Shown in pieces: positions 34,737 through 44,776 of a stretch of DNA of 64,000 nucleotides. The notes under the pieces are model-generated. The model was not told the DNA's origin. It did not search any database and saw nothing but the letters and a program-made list of their open reading frames with translations. A program made the translations under genes and the position numbers. This stretch comes from an uncultured delta proteobacterium (lineage in GTDB: Bacteria; Myxococcota_A; UBA9160; SZUA-336), in the NCBI GenBank assembly GCA_963704165.1, contig CAVPHD010000009.1:32001-96000 (forward strand), read 5' to 3'. Numbering within the stretch: position 1 is the stretch's first letter; each line of letters opens with the position of its first letter.

Positions 34737-35877
34737 CTAGACGTGGGTATGTGGATCGAAGAGCCGATCGTGCTCGTCCATCGCGAAGCGGTCGGTCATG
34801 CCCGCGACGTAGTCGACGATCGCCCGCTCCTCCGGCTCTCCGCGCGCACGGTCGAGCACGTGCGGCGGCAGCTGACGCGGGATCGGCGGCGTAGGCGCGC
34901 CAGAGATCACCGAGGATGCGATCGGCCTTCGCGGCCATCCTCACCACACGGTGATTGCGATAGAAGTTCTCGAGCAGATAGCGCGCGAGCGCGCGTTTCT
35001 CGGTCGCGATCTCCGGAGAGAAGCCGATCAGCGGCTCGGTGGCGGCGCAGGCCTCGGCGGCCGACTTCGGCGCCGCTCGCTCGAGCCGGTTCGCGCTCGA
35101 CTCGATCAGGTCGCTGACCAGCAGGTCGATCAGGACGACCGTGACTCGGGGACGGAGGGTTCTCTCGGAGACATCGGCCTCGGCGCGAAGCACTTCCATC
35201 GCACGCCGGAACAACGCGAGCTCGGAGAGCGAATTCCAGTCGAGCAGATCCGCGCGCAGGCCGTCATCGAGGTCGTGGGTGTGGTAGGCGATCTCGTCGG
35301 AGAGATTCGCGATCTGCGCCTCCACCGTCGGTCCCGCTCCCAGATCCGGCAGTGGCACGGGGTGTGGATAGCGCGGAAAGTCCGAGCCGTGCTTCAGGAT
35401 GCCCGCACGAGTCTCGGCCGTGAGGTTCAGCCCCGGGTAGCGCTCGGAACGGTCCTCGAGCCAATCGACGATCCGCAGGCTCTGACGGTTGTGTTCGAAG
35501 CCGCCGTGCCCCTTCAACAGATCGTGCAGTACACGCTCGCCCGCATGACCGAAAGGCGGATGTCCGAGATCGTGCGCGAGCACGATCGCCTCGACGAGAT
35601 CCTCGTTCGCACCGAGCGCGCGGGCGACCGTGCGTGCGATCTGCGCGACCTCGAGCGTGTGAGTGAGCCGGTTCCGGAAGTGATCCCCCTCGTGATACGG
35701 AAAGACCTGCGTCTTGTACTGGAGCCGCCGGAACGCTCGCGCGTGAAGAACGCGATCGCGATCGCGCTGGAAGACGGTGCGATACGGGTGCTCCGGCTCG
35801 GGCTCGACTCGCCCGCGCGAGTCGCGCGCGCAGACCGCGTACGGAGCGAGGATCTCGCTCTCTCGCTGCTCGGTCAC
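34737..35877 (-). CDS. dgt: Deoxyguanosinetriphosphate triphosphohydrolase (C-terminal frameshift near 34875)
   Basis: FQRDRDR, FRRLQYKTQV, RNRLTH, HDLGHPPFGHAGE, DEIAY..HD.DD; true end DYVAGMTDRFA in another frame. Confidence 0.93.
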
Positions 35878-35897
35878 GACCCGGGTTCGCAGCGTCT

Positions 35898-36197
35898 CTA
35901 TGGCTCCCTCGTCTTCTCCTCGACCAGTCGATCGAGCCTTGCGCGCTCGTCGGCGCTGAACTGCTCCACGGCGCGCTCGGGAGGAGCGGTCGATACGGGC
36001 GGCGGATCGGAAGCGACACCCGCGACGCGCTCGGCCGCCTTGTCACCCATCGCGCGCGCCGTCGCCTGCACGCTCTTCACGAGCTCGACGGGGGTGCGAA
36101 CGCGAAGCGTCAGCGTGAGTGTCTTCGGCTCCCAGTTCGGCTCGACGAGCAGAAACGCGGCTCCGAGCAGGACGAGGAGGAACAGGAGGCGGAACAA
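35898..36197 (-). CDS. Small membrane-anchored hypothetical protein
   Basis: Hydrophobic N-terminus, co-directional between HIT and dgt; GAGG upstream. Confidence 0.6.
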   Translation of the reverse strand: MFRLLFLLVLLGAAFLLVEPNWEPKTLTLTLRVRTPVELVKSVQATARAMGDKAAERVAGVASDPPPVSTAPPERAVEQFSADERARLDRLVEEKTREP

Positions 36198-36244
36198 TCG
36201 AATCTACCTCGCGGTGGGCGGACCGAACGGAGTCTAAGTCAGGC

Positions 36245-36592
36245 CTATCCGGGCGGCCAGCGGAAGCTCCGGCCGCCGAGCAGGTGCAGATGCAGGTGAT
36301 ACACGGTCTGTCCAGCCGCCGCGTTCGTGTTGAACACGAGTCGGAAGCCCGGATCCGCGATTCCGAGTTCACGAGCGAGTCCGGCCGCGGCCTGCACGAG
36401 CTCACCGATCAACGCGTGGTCCTCGACGCCGATCTCGAGCGCGCTCGCGATGTGCTTTCGCGGAATCAGCTGCACGTGGGCCGGTGCCTGCGGGTGGATG
36501 TCTTCGAACGCGACGATCCGTTCGCTCTCGAAGACGATTCGCGCCGGCAGCTCTCGGGCTGCGATCCGACAGAACAGACAGTCCGGTTTCAT
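36245..36592 (-). CDS. hinT: Histidine triad nucleotide-binding protein
   Basis: CLFCRI, DIHPQAP, GQTVYHLHLHLLGGR, WPPG. Confidence 0.93.
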   Translation of the reverse strand: MKPDCLFCRIAARELPARIVFESERIVAFEDIHPQAPAHVQLIPRKHIASALEIGVEDHALIGELVQAAAGLARELGIADPGFRLVFNTNAAAGQTVYHLHLHLLGGRSFRWPPG

Positions 36593-36630
36593 CGTGCCCT
36601 CACCAAAGTGCGGCCGAGTATACTCGCCCG

Positions 36631-37731
36631 GTGAGCCGACTCGAAATGCCAGAGCGCCTGCTGCTCGGCCCCGGACCGAGCAACGTTTCCGACGAGGTGC
36701 GCGAGGCCCTCGCAAGGCCGCTCATCGGTCATCTCGATCCCGCCTTCCTCGCGCTTCTCGACGAGGTGCAGGCGCAGCTCTCGACGGTATTCCGCACGCC
36801 CGACGGCGCGCTGACCCTGCCGATTTCGGGAACCGGGAGCGCGGGCATGGAAGCCTGCCTGGTGAACCTGCTCGAGCCCGACGACCTCCTGCTCGTAGCC
36901 GTGAACGGCGTCTTCGGCGAGCGGATGGCGGTGATCGGCGAACGCTGCGGCGCGCGCGTGCATCGCGTCGAGGCCGAGATGGGCGAGATCGTCGCGCCGA
37001 AACGACTCGTCGCGGAGATCGAGGCGCGACGTCCCGACGTGGTCGCCCTCGTTCATGCCGAGACTTCGACCGGCGTCGCGCAACCCATCGCCGATGTCGC
37101 GCACGCGGCGCGCGCGATGGGCGCCCTCGTCGTGCTCGACTGCGTCACATCGCTCTCGGGGATGGATGTGCGCATGGGAGACTGGGAGATCGACGCGGCC
37201 TATTCCGGTACGCAGAAGTGTCTCGCCTGCCCGCCCGGTCTCTCGCCTCTGGCGATCGGCCCACGCGGTCTCGCCCGTCTCGAGCGCCGGAAGCGTCCCG
37301 TGCAGAGCTGGTACCTCGATCTCTCGTTGATCGGCCGCTACTTCGGGGAGAAGCGCGTCTACCACCACACCGCGCCGATCTCGATGATCTTCGCTCTGCA
37401 TGCCGCCCTTTCGCGCGTGCTCGCGGAAGGCCTCGAGGAGCGATTCGCGCGTCATCGACAGGCACACGAACGACTGGTCCACGGCCTCGAAGCGCTGGGA
37501 TTCGAGATGCTCGTGCCCGCGGAGCATCGGCTCCCGATGCTGAACACGGTACGGCCGCCGGTCGCAGACGAAGCGAAGCTGCGACGGAGACTGCTCGACG
37601 ACTACGGGATCGAGATCGGAGGCGGGCTCGGCAAGCTCGCAGGACGAGTCTGGCGGATCGGGTTGATGGGTGAGAACGCGCGGCCAGAGATCGTCGACCG
37701 GCTGCTCGCCGCGCTGCGCGCGCTGCTCTAG
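36631..37731 (+). CDS. Class V aminotransferase (alanine-glyoxylate/serine-pyruvate family)
   Basis: LLLGPGPS, SGTGSAGMEA, HAETSTG, SGTQKCLACPPG, YHHTAP, RIGLMG. Confidence 0.92.
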   Translation: MSRLEMPERLLLGPGPSNVSDEVREALARPLIGHLDPAFLALLDEVQAQLSTVFRTPDGALTLPISGTGSAGMEACLVNLLEPDDLLLVAVNGVFGERMAVIGERCGARVHRVEAEMGEIVAPKRLVAEIEARRPDVVALVHAETSTGVAQPIADVAHAARAMGALVVLDCVTSLSGMDVRMGDWEIDAAYSGTQKCLACPPGLSPLAIGPRGLARLERRKRPVQSWYLDLSLIGRYFGEKRVYHHTAPISMIFALHAALSRVLAEGLEERFARHRQAHERLVHGLEALGFEMLVPAEHRLPMLNTVRPPVADEAKLRRRLLDDYGIEIGGGLGKLAGRVWRIGLMGENARPEIVDRLLAALRALL

Positions 37732-39752
37732 AAGGACGGGTCGGGAGCGCCGGCCACGTCTCCGATTCGGTGGGGCTCGGCGGAGATCCCGTCGAGACCG
37801 ATTCCCACCCGCGCCTCGACGGGGAAGTACCGCGCGATGCCCAGCCAGCGCGCGAAGGGAATCACGAGCGATGCACGCGGTCCGGACGTGCCGACCTCGA
37901 GCGATAGCCGCGCCTCGTCGAAGCTCGCGCGCACGCCGATCCCCAGATCTCCACTCGAATCCCCGTTGGCGTAGAAGATCGGGGCGAGTGTGCGCCGCAC
38001 CTCGATGCACGGCATCTCTTGCGGACAGGCCGCGCTCTCGCCTCCGAGCGATCGCTCCGCGACGACGTCCTCGTCCCGCCGCTCGATCTCGATGTCTCCC
38101 ATCGTCCGCGCGCGCTCGCGGTCCACGAACGCCGCCTCGAGCGCATCGGCTCCGGATGCCAGCTCGGTCGCCCACGGGCGCGCGATCAGCTTTCGCCCCG
38201 CCCGAACCTGCGCGTCCAGACGCCGCAGAGAGCGGAGCACGTCGTTCGAGCTCGCGCCGCGCGCACCCAGCGTCTCATCCTCGATCCCCGTCGCCAGCCG
38301 TGCCAGCAGGTCGAGTGACGCCGCCATCGACACCTCGGTGCCAGACTCGGTCTTCCGACCCCGTCCCGTGTCGAGCGCGAGCAGCACGGCCGACGCGCCG
38401 TCCGAGAGATCGCTGACGATGTCCGATGCCGTGGCTTCGAGCGCGGCTCTCGCGACCACGAGGCGCATCGACGCGAGTCGGGTCCAGGCCGTCTGCGAAT
38501 GCGGGAGGACCAGGACACCGTCCTCGAAGACGGAGACACGCGGACTCTTCTGCTCCTGCACCGCGAGTTCGTCGAGCCACGAGGCGGCTTCGGCGGCCAT
38601 CTCCCCGTCGGGAACGAGTTCGAGGTAGCGCCGTGCGACGTCGCTCAAGTCCCGACCCTCCGGTTGCCAGGAACGCCAGGCGCGTGAGGGAGCGTCGATC
38701 ACCAGGTTCGCCGGAGTCAGTGCGCCACGCCAGGCGCGGATGGACTCCTCCCAGGCCTCGAGCCCGTCGCGACTCAGGGACAGAGCCTCCTGCGGAGACG
38801 GAAGCGCGGTCGCCGCGAGCTCCTGCCCGCCGACCCAGCCGAGCGCGCGGCGCGTTCGATACGATCGGAGCTGCATCTCGAACTCGCTCGACGGGTCCAC
38901 CTCCGGATCGGCGAGGAACTCGCCAGCCCGTCTGGCTGCGAAGTCGGTTCCGCGCGCGATGCGGCGGAACTCGTCGAGCGCACCGGGGCGATCGCCGCCG
39001 AGAAATCGCGCGGTCGCGCGCGCGAGCGCCGCGTCGTTCGCATCGCTCGGGCCGAGCGTCCGTGCGCGTTCGAGATCATCGAGGAGCAGAGCAGCGCCGA
39101 GCTGCACCTCCCAGCTCTCGATCGCGCGGTCCGAGTCGGTCCTCGCCGGAGCCGCGTCCTCGTCGAGCGAGGTCCGCCACTCGCTCTCGTCGAGCGCGTC
39201 GAGCAGGCGATCCGCGCGCGTCGAACCTGGCTCGAGTGCGAGTGCACGATCGATCGTCCGGCGCGTGCGCCGCAGGTCCCCGACTCCAAACGCGCGCTCG
39301 GCGTCGGCGAGCAGCGTAGAGACGCGCGCCTCGCTCTCGCGCCGCTCGAGGTGCGAATAGAGCGCGAGGCTCTCCGGGTCGAGGTCGCCACTTCGGACAC
39401 CCGGAGCGAGAAGTGCGAGCGCCTCGTCTTCGGCCCAGGTTCGGTCGTCCCAATCCCGCACGCCCCGGCCGACCCTTCCGACCGCCCGAAGGAGCTTGAA
39501 GGGCGAGGCCTGTAGAGACGCGTGGATGCCGATGTCGACGAAGTCCGCGGACAGATCCGCGAGCTTCCGTCTGCGTTCGGTGGCGAGCAGCTCGAAGGCC
39601 TCGCCGGCACGCGCCTGATCGCTGCGGAGATCGGGGGTCAGGAGCAGACTCGCCGCTTCCTCGCCACTGTCGAACTCTCCCGCGTCACCGCGAATGCCGA
39701 GCGCGAGCACGAGCAGGCCGAGTCCGAGAGCGAGACGCCGCTCAGGGCGCAT
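37728..39752 (-). CDS. Exported hypothetical protein with TPR-like segment
   Basis: Signal peptide MRPERRLALGLGLLVLALG; helical repeat (ALALEPGS); overlaps upstream gene. Confidence 0.7.
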   Translation of the reverse strand: MRPERRLALGLGLLVLALGIRGDAGEFDSGEEAASLLLTPDLRSDQARAGEAFELLATERRRKLADLSADFVDIGIHASLQASPFKLLRAVGRVGRGVRDWDDRTWAEDEALALLAPGVRSGDLDPESLALYSHLERRESEARVSTLLADAERAFGVGDLRRTRRTIDRALALEPGSTRADRLLDALDESEWRTSLDEDAAPARTDSDRAIESWEVQLGAALLLDDLERARTLGPSDANDAALARATARFLGGDRPGALDEFRRIARGTDFAARRAGEFLADPEVDPSSEFEMQLRSYRTRRALGWVGGQELAATALPSPQEALSLSRDGLEAWEESIRAWRGALTPANLVIDAPSRAWRSWQPEGRDLSDVARRYLELVPDGEMAAEAASWLDELAVQEQKSPRVSVFEDGVLVLPHSQTAWTRLASMRLVVARAALEATASDIVSDLSDGASAVLLALDTGRGRKTESGTEVSMAASLDLLARLATGIEDETLGARGASSNDVLRSLRRLDAQVRAGRKLIARPWATELASGADALEAAFVDRERARTMGDIEIERRDEDVVAERSLGGESAACPQEMPCIEVRRTLAPIFYANGDSSGDLGIGVRASFDEARLSLEVGTSGPRASLVIPFARWLGIARYFPVEARVGIGLDGISAEPHRIGDVAGAPDPSF

Positions 39753-40680
39753 GACTCTTGACTCCCTGGTGGTAGGCGAGCAGCGCCTCGATCCGGGTTC
39801 GCGCCTCGTGACGGAGCGCGGGCTTGTGGTCCTCGCCCGCCAGCTCGTAGGCCGAGAACGCCTGATCGACGAGCGCGTCGTACTGCTCCGCATCGAAGCG
39901 TCCGCGGTTCGTCCGTGCCTGCAGCTGTTCGTGTTGCGCGGCGTCGGCGTAGAGATCTCCGAGTCGCAGCAGGTGCTTCGAGAAGAGCTTCGACTCGCGG
40001 TTCGCCTCGATCAGGGTTCGACAGGCTCGAATCGCCTCGGAGAGACGTCCCGAGCGCTCGAAGCCGTCGACGCGCAGGATCTCCCACGCCTCCACCTCTT
40101 CGCGCGCGAGCGGCTCCTGCGGCGTGTTCCGCACCGCGCGCGCGAGGGACCGCCAGCTCTCGAGGCGTTCCTCGATGAAGTGCAACTCTTCCGCGGCGTT
40201 CGCGAAGGGCCGCTCGGGCGCGGCCGACGCAGACGCGAACATCCCGACGATTCTCGCGCGCTCGGCCGCCGCATCGCCGAGAACGGATCCGGACTGCTTC
40301 ACACGCCCGTAGGCACGCGACGCATCCTCGTACCGGCGCAGCCGCTCGAGTGCCTTCCCGCGCGCGAACTCGATCACGTAGTCGGCGTTCTGCCACTCCG
40401 ATTCCCCGCGCGCACGCTGCGCGGCGAGTCGATCGAGCTTCCAGAGCGCGATCGCATAGACGTTGTTGCCGTCCTCACTCACCGCACGATCGAAGCGATA
40501 GGTGTCGTCTCGCATGTGCAGCTTGAGCTGCGAGATCACCACCGTCAGTGACTCGGCCGCCTCGGATGCGGCGCTCGGACTCTCCGTCGGGGAGAAGCCC
40601 GCACAGCCGACGAGCCAGCCGAGACTCGAGGCGATGAACGCGATCTGTCGAAGGCTTCGCACGCTGTCCGAGAACTGCAT
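39742..40680 (-). CDS. TPR-like lipoprotein
   Basis: Lipobox LVGC; GKALERLRRYEDASRAY and LGDLYAD TPR-like helices. Confidence 0.72.
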   Translation of the reverse strand: MQFSDSVRSLRQIAFIASSLGWLVGCAGFSPTESPSAASEAAESLTVVISQLKLHMRDDTYRFDRAVSEDGNNVYAIALWKLDRLAAQRARGESEWQNADYVIEFARGKALERLRRYEDASRAYGRVKQSGSVLGDAAAERARIVGMFASASAAPERPFANAAEELHFIEERLESWRSLARAVRNTPQEPLAREEVEAWEILRVDGFERSGRLSEAIRACRTLIEANRESKLFSKHLLRLGDLYADAAQHEQLQARTNRGRFDAEQYDALVDQAFSAYELAGEDHKPALRHEARTRIEALLAYHQGVKSHAP

Positions 40681-40849
40681 CGACCGTGCCGGGCATCCGG
40701 AAGCGGCAGCTCGTGAGCAGCTGTGCACGCAACCCTCCGCATCGGGGCTCGGGAATCAGCTGCGACCGGGAGAGACTGCGCAACCGCCTTCGCGGGGCGA
40801 ACCGGCGAACACGGTCGAGTTGCGGAGATGTTGCGGATCGATCGCCGTC

Positions 40850-41344
40850 TCAGGGATCGAGCCAGTCCTCCGGGACTCCCGCGAGCGACGCCTCGACCCG
40901 CAGATCTCGCAGTCTCTGCCGCGACGCTTCGAGGGATTGGCGATCTCGGCGGAGCTGAGCACGGAGCTTCAGGACCTCCGGATCCGTGGCCTCACCGCCG
41001 GCGGGCGAGTAGTTCCAGTCCCCCGACGTGGTCTTGCGGAGGCGATCTTGACTGACTTCGACCTTCGCCTCGAGATCCTTCACCTCGAGATTCGCGCGCT
41101 CGAATTCGTCACGCCACGCGACCCGATCCCGGCCTCCGTAGCTGGGCTCCGACGGAGGCGTGTCCGCAAGAATCCCCGGGGGTCGGAGCAACCTCTCGAG
41201 ATCGAGCGGCGCCGACGGCTTGTGCTGGGGCGCCGGGGACACGTCCTCTGGACCGATATCGCCGCCTGGCGGCGGCGCCGATTGCGCCCACGAGCCGGCA
41301 GGGCCGATCAGGAGGAGCAACAGACCGAGACGTGCGCCGCGCAT
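40850..41344 (-). CDS. Exported coiled-coil hypothetical protein
   Basis: Signal peptide, Pro-rich linker, heptad repeats, ends AGVPEDW. Confidence 0.7.
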   Translation of the reverse strand: MRGARLGLLLLLIGPAGSWAQSAPPPGGDIGPEDVSPAPQHKPSAPLDLERLLRPPGILADTPPSEPSYGGRDRVAWRDEFERANLEVKDLEAKVEVSQDRLRKTTSGDWNYSPAGGEATDPEVLKLRAQLRRDRQSLEASRQRLRDLRVEASLAGVPEDWLDP

Positions 41345-41460
41345 CGTCGGCCGAGTATAGGACAGGGCCGCAGCGGCTCCCATCAAGCGCGGGTGACGTG
41401 CGACCGAAGCAGTGAGGAACGCGCGGGATCTCGGGTCTACGCGCGAAGACGGGACCCTAC

Positions 41461-42587
41461 ATGGACCGAGAGCGACTCCATCGACTGCTTCGGCTGGGCT
41501 TCGAGAAGGGTGCGTCCGACATCCACTTCCAGGTCGGATACCTGCCCCTGTATCGCTTCAACGGTGAACTGGTCGAGCTGAAGTACAAGATCCTGACGAT
41601 GGCCGACACCGAGGCCATCGCGCGTCTGCTGATGGAGTTCGACCCATCCAAGAATCTCGACGGCGGTCTCCGAGATCGACATGGCCTACGAGATCGCCGG
41701 CGAGGGCCGCTTCCGCGTCAACATCTCGCGCGAGCGCAAGGCCTACAACATCGTGCTGCGCGTCGTGCCGCTCTCGATCAAGACCTTCGAGGAGCTGAAC
41801 CTGACCGTCGGTGCTGAGGACGATCGCGTCGGTGCGGCGCGGTCTGGTGCTCGTCACCGGCGCGACCGGAATGGGCAAGTCCACCACGCTCGCGACGATG
41901 CTCCAGGAGATCAACCGGACGCTGCAAGTGCAAGATCGTGACGATCGAGGATCCGGTCGAGTTCATCTTCACGCACGAACACTCGATCATCACCCAGCGC
42001 GAGATCGGCACGGATACGCCGAGCTTCCCCGCGGCGCTCCGCGCCGCGCTGCGCCAGGATCCCGACGTGATCATGGTGGGCGAGATCCGCGACGCAGAGA
42101 CGGTCGATACGGCGCTCAAGGCCGCCGAGACCGGCCATGCGGTGTTCTCCTCGATCCACACCAACGACGTCGTGACGACACTCCGCGCGCGTCGTGCTCG
42201 TTCTTCCCGGTCGAGGAGCACCAGCAGGTCCGCGAGCGGATGGCCGAGAACCTCCAGGCGATCGTCTCGCTGCGCCTGCTGCCCAACAAGAAGGGCACCG
42301 GCCGCGTGCCCGCGGTCGAGGTCCTGCGCACGACCCGCTCGATTCGCGAGTGCATCCGCGATCCGAATCGCGCCGTGGAGATCCGCGACCACATCGAGAA
42401 GGGCCACTCCGACATGGAGATGCAGACCTTCGATCAGCACCTCCTCGAGCTGTACCAGGCGAACAAGATCAAGCTCGAGACCGCACGCGACGCGGCTTCG
42501 AATCCGCGGGACTTCGCGACCAAGCTCGCCCTCGAGGGAGACACGTCCTACACGCAGGAGAGCTCGAGTTCGCGTCCCCGGTGGTAG
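41461..42587 (+). CDS. PilT/PilU-family type IV pilus ATPase (several frameshifts)
   Basis: [52 protein letters not shown]. Confidence 0.9.
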
Positions 42588-42613
42588 TGACGAGGGTCGG
42601 TTCTAGAGACGCC

Positions 42614-43844
42614 ATGGAGATCCTCGCTCTCTACACCTCGCCCGACACGCTGCCGTCCGCGCTCGCCGCCGGTGCGCGTCATCTCGCGGCCTCGCTGCAG
42701 GGCTTCGCGCTGGTCTATCGAGCCGCCACGTCTCGAGCGAGCCCGACGGCTGGGCCGGCTTCACGTGCGCGAAGGACGCGCAGGTCGCGGGCGAGGAGCT
42801 CGACGATTTCGTCCGCCAGACGCTGGCCTCCGAGCGCCCGCTCCGCACCGACTCCCCCGAGGGAAGCCCGCGCATCTGGGGCCGCGCCGCGGGGGGAGTC
42901 TACGGCTTCCCGATCCGCCACAACGGACAGGTCGCGCGGCGTCGCGTTGCTCGGCTGCCCCGGACCGTGGCCGCGGGTTCAGAACGCAGGAATCGAGTCG
43001 GTCCTGCGCCAGATCGCCCTGGTCCTCGATCACCATGCGGTTTCGGGCGGAGGCGCGCCCGACGCCGAGCCATCGGACGAGCTGCTCCGGCTCTCCGAGC
43101 AGCTTCTCGCTCAGGACATCGAGCTGATCAAGCGCGAGGAGCGGCTCACGCTCGTCGAACGCCTGAAGGCAGACCTGATCGAGACGATGTCCTACGAGCT
43201 TCGTCAGCCGCTGAACAGCATGATCGAACGCATGATCTCGGTTCTGGCCAACGAGCACGAGGCGCTCTCCGGCGCTGGCCGCGATGCGCTACGCGGTGTT
43301 CTCGCCGACGGGAACACGCTGATGCAGATGCTCCAGAACATCCTCGACCTCTGGCGCCTGAAGCAGGGCGAGGTCACGCGTGGACATCCAGGACGTGAAC
43401 CTAGCCGAGGTGATCGAGGAAGCGATCTTCAACGTGCGCGACACGCTTCAACCCGACGTCGTGTTCGAGAAGCGCATCCCCTCGGCGCTGCCGAAGATCC
43501 GAACGGATCTCGCCAAGCTGAATCAGATCCTCTTCCACCTGCTCGACAATGCGGCGAAGTTCACGCGCCGCGGGCGGATCGCTCTCGAGCTCGGACTCGA
43601 GGATGGCCAGCTCGTCTGCAGCGTGACCGACACGGGGATTGGAATCGCCCCGGACGATCAAGAGCAGATCCTCGACGAGTTCTACCGGGTCGATTCGTCA
43701 CCCGACAGTCGTCACCGCGGTGCGGGACTCGGCCTCACGCTCGCGCGCGGACTGATCGAGAAGCTCGGCGGGTCGCTCTCGTTGCAGAGCGAGATCGGTC
43801 AGGGTTCGCGCTTCAGCTTCGCCTTGCCGGTCACCGTCTGCTAG
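42614..43844 (+). CDS. Histidine-kinase-like protein with Tyr in place of the H-box His (frameshifted)
   Basis: MSYELRQPLN; N box LLDNAAKF, G1 DTGIGI, G2 GAGLGL. Confidence 0.8.
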
Positions 43845-43871
43845 AGGTCGCCGGAGACTGACGCTACCGGA

Positions 43872-44081
43872 TCAGTGCTGAGCGGCGTCACCTTCGACGT
43901 CGGGTGCGATGTGGCCGGCCGCGATCTCGCGAAGCGCGTTCACGACCGCCTTGTTCTCGGTCGACTTCACCAGGCCGCGAGCGCCTCGCATGATCTGCTT
44001 CGCCCGGACGGAGACCATGACGACCAAGGCGAATCGATTGCCGACCCGCTCCGTGCAGTCCTCGATCGTGATTCTCGCCAA
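43872..44081 (-). CDS. rpoZ: RNA polymerase omega subunit
   Basis: MARITIEDC, NRFALV, RAKQI, ALREIAAG. Confidence 0.95.
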   Translation of the reverse strand: MARITIEDCTERVGNRFALVVMVSVRAKQIMRGARGLVKSTENKAVVNALREIAAGHIAPDVEGDAAQH

Positions 44082-44135
44082 CGCGGTCTCCTTCTCGTAG
44101 CGGGACCGATCCTAGGATTCCGCCTTCTCGTTCGC

Positions 44136-44180
44136 AAGAAAGAAGAAGCCCCCGTCGCTTCGCAGCGACGGGGGCCTTCT
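44136..44180 (-). terminator. Rho-independent terminator after the basic peptide gene
   Basis: GCCCCCGTCGCT-GCGA-AGCGACGGGGGC followed by TTCTTCTTTCTT. Confidence 0.85.
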
Positions 44181-44202
44181 ATGGAATCAGGATGCTAGGC
44201 CC

Positions 44203-44328
44203 TCAGCTGGCCTTCTTGCGGCGCCGCGTGGCCTTCTTCCGGCCAGCCTTCTTCTTCGCGCCCTTCTTCTTGCCACCCTTCTTCCGCCGCGTTGCCTTCT
44301 TGCTCGCGGCTTTCTTCCGAGCTGCCAT
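44203..44328 (-). CDS. 41-aa Lys/Arg/Ala-rich histone H1/protamine-like peptide
   Basis: MAARKKAASKKATRRKKGGKKKGAKKKAGRKKATRRRKKAS; GGGGGTGAGAG upstream; terminator downstream. Confidence 0.8.
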   Translation of the reverse strand: MAARKKAASKKATRRKKGGKKKGAKKKAGRKKATRRRKKAS

Positions 44329-44535
44329 TTGCTCTCACCCCCATTTGCGTTTTTGTTCACCGTGTTCGGGTTGCGACCGCTCTGCTTTCGCGTCCTGGAG
44401 CAACTCGTGCACGACCGAGAGGACCCTGATTTTCGTTTCCTCTCGCGTCACGTATCGGACTCGATCTTCCGAACTTGACGCGAGTACCGTTGTTTCACGT
44501 CTGGAAACGCATGGTTCCCGTTCTCGGTTGCACAC

Positions 44536-44565
44536 ACAGTAAGCATTGCGCGGCGAAGGTGTCAA
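44536..44565 (-). promoter_or_regulatory. Candidate sigma70 promoter TTGACA-N18-TACTGT
   Basis: Perfect -35 and plausible -10 immediately after the upstream terminator. Confidence 0.6.
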
Positions 44566-44576
44566 CGGACGTGCCA

Positions 44577-44609
44577 AAAAAAACGCACCGATGTGTTCCA
44601 TCGGTGCGT
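44577..44609 (-). terminator. Rho-independent terminator
   Basis: CGCACCGATG-GAACA-CATCGGTGCG followed by an 8-T tract. Confidence 0.9.
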
Positions 44610-44646
44610 GTAGGTTGGCTCGAGGTGCTGCCGAACGCGATCGCGC

Positions 44647-44742
44647 TCAGCGCTTGTTGCGCTTGTGCCTCTGCTTCGCGCGCAGCTTCTTGTACTTGTG
44701 CTTGCGCATCTTCTTGCGGCGCTTCTTGATCACACTGCCCAC
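44647..44742 (-). CDS. 31-aa AURKAIP1/COX24-domain ribosomal protein (bS22/mS38-like)
   Basis: MGSVIKKRRKKMRKHKYKKLRAKQRHKRNKR; GGAGG upstream. Confidence 0.88.
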   Translation of the reverse strand: MGSVIKKRRKKMRKHKYKKLRAKQRHKRNKR

Positions 44743-44776
44743 GGAAAACAGGGCCTCCACCGTCGAGTGGCGGCCG

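Noticed and set aside
31296..36592. dGTPase/QueE/HIT as an anti-phage or 7-deazaguanine DNA-modification system
   Set aside because: All look like ordinary housekeeping-length orthologs; no dpdA, qat or other defence genes nearby
40697..40710. SRP RNA (TCCGGAAGCGGCAG resembles the domain IV motif)
   Set aside because: Lacks the conserved CAGG...GGAAGG AAGCAG pairing; orientation and context unsupported
44335..44601. 88-aa minus-strand ORF
   Set aside because: Starts inside a terminator hairpin and spans a candidate promoter; more likely leader sequence
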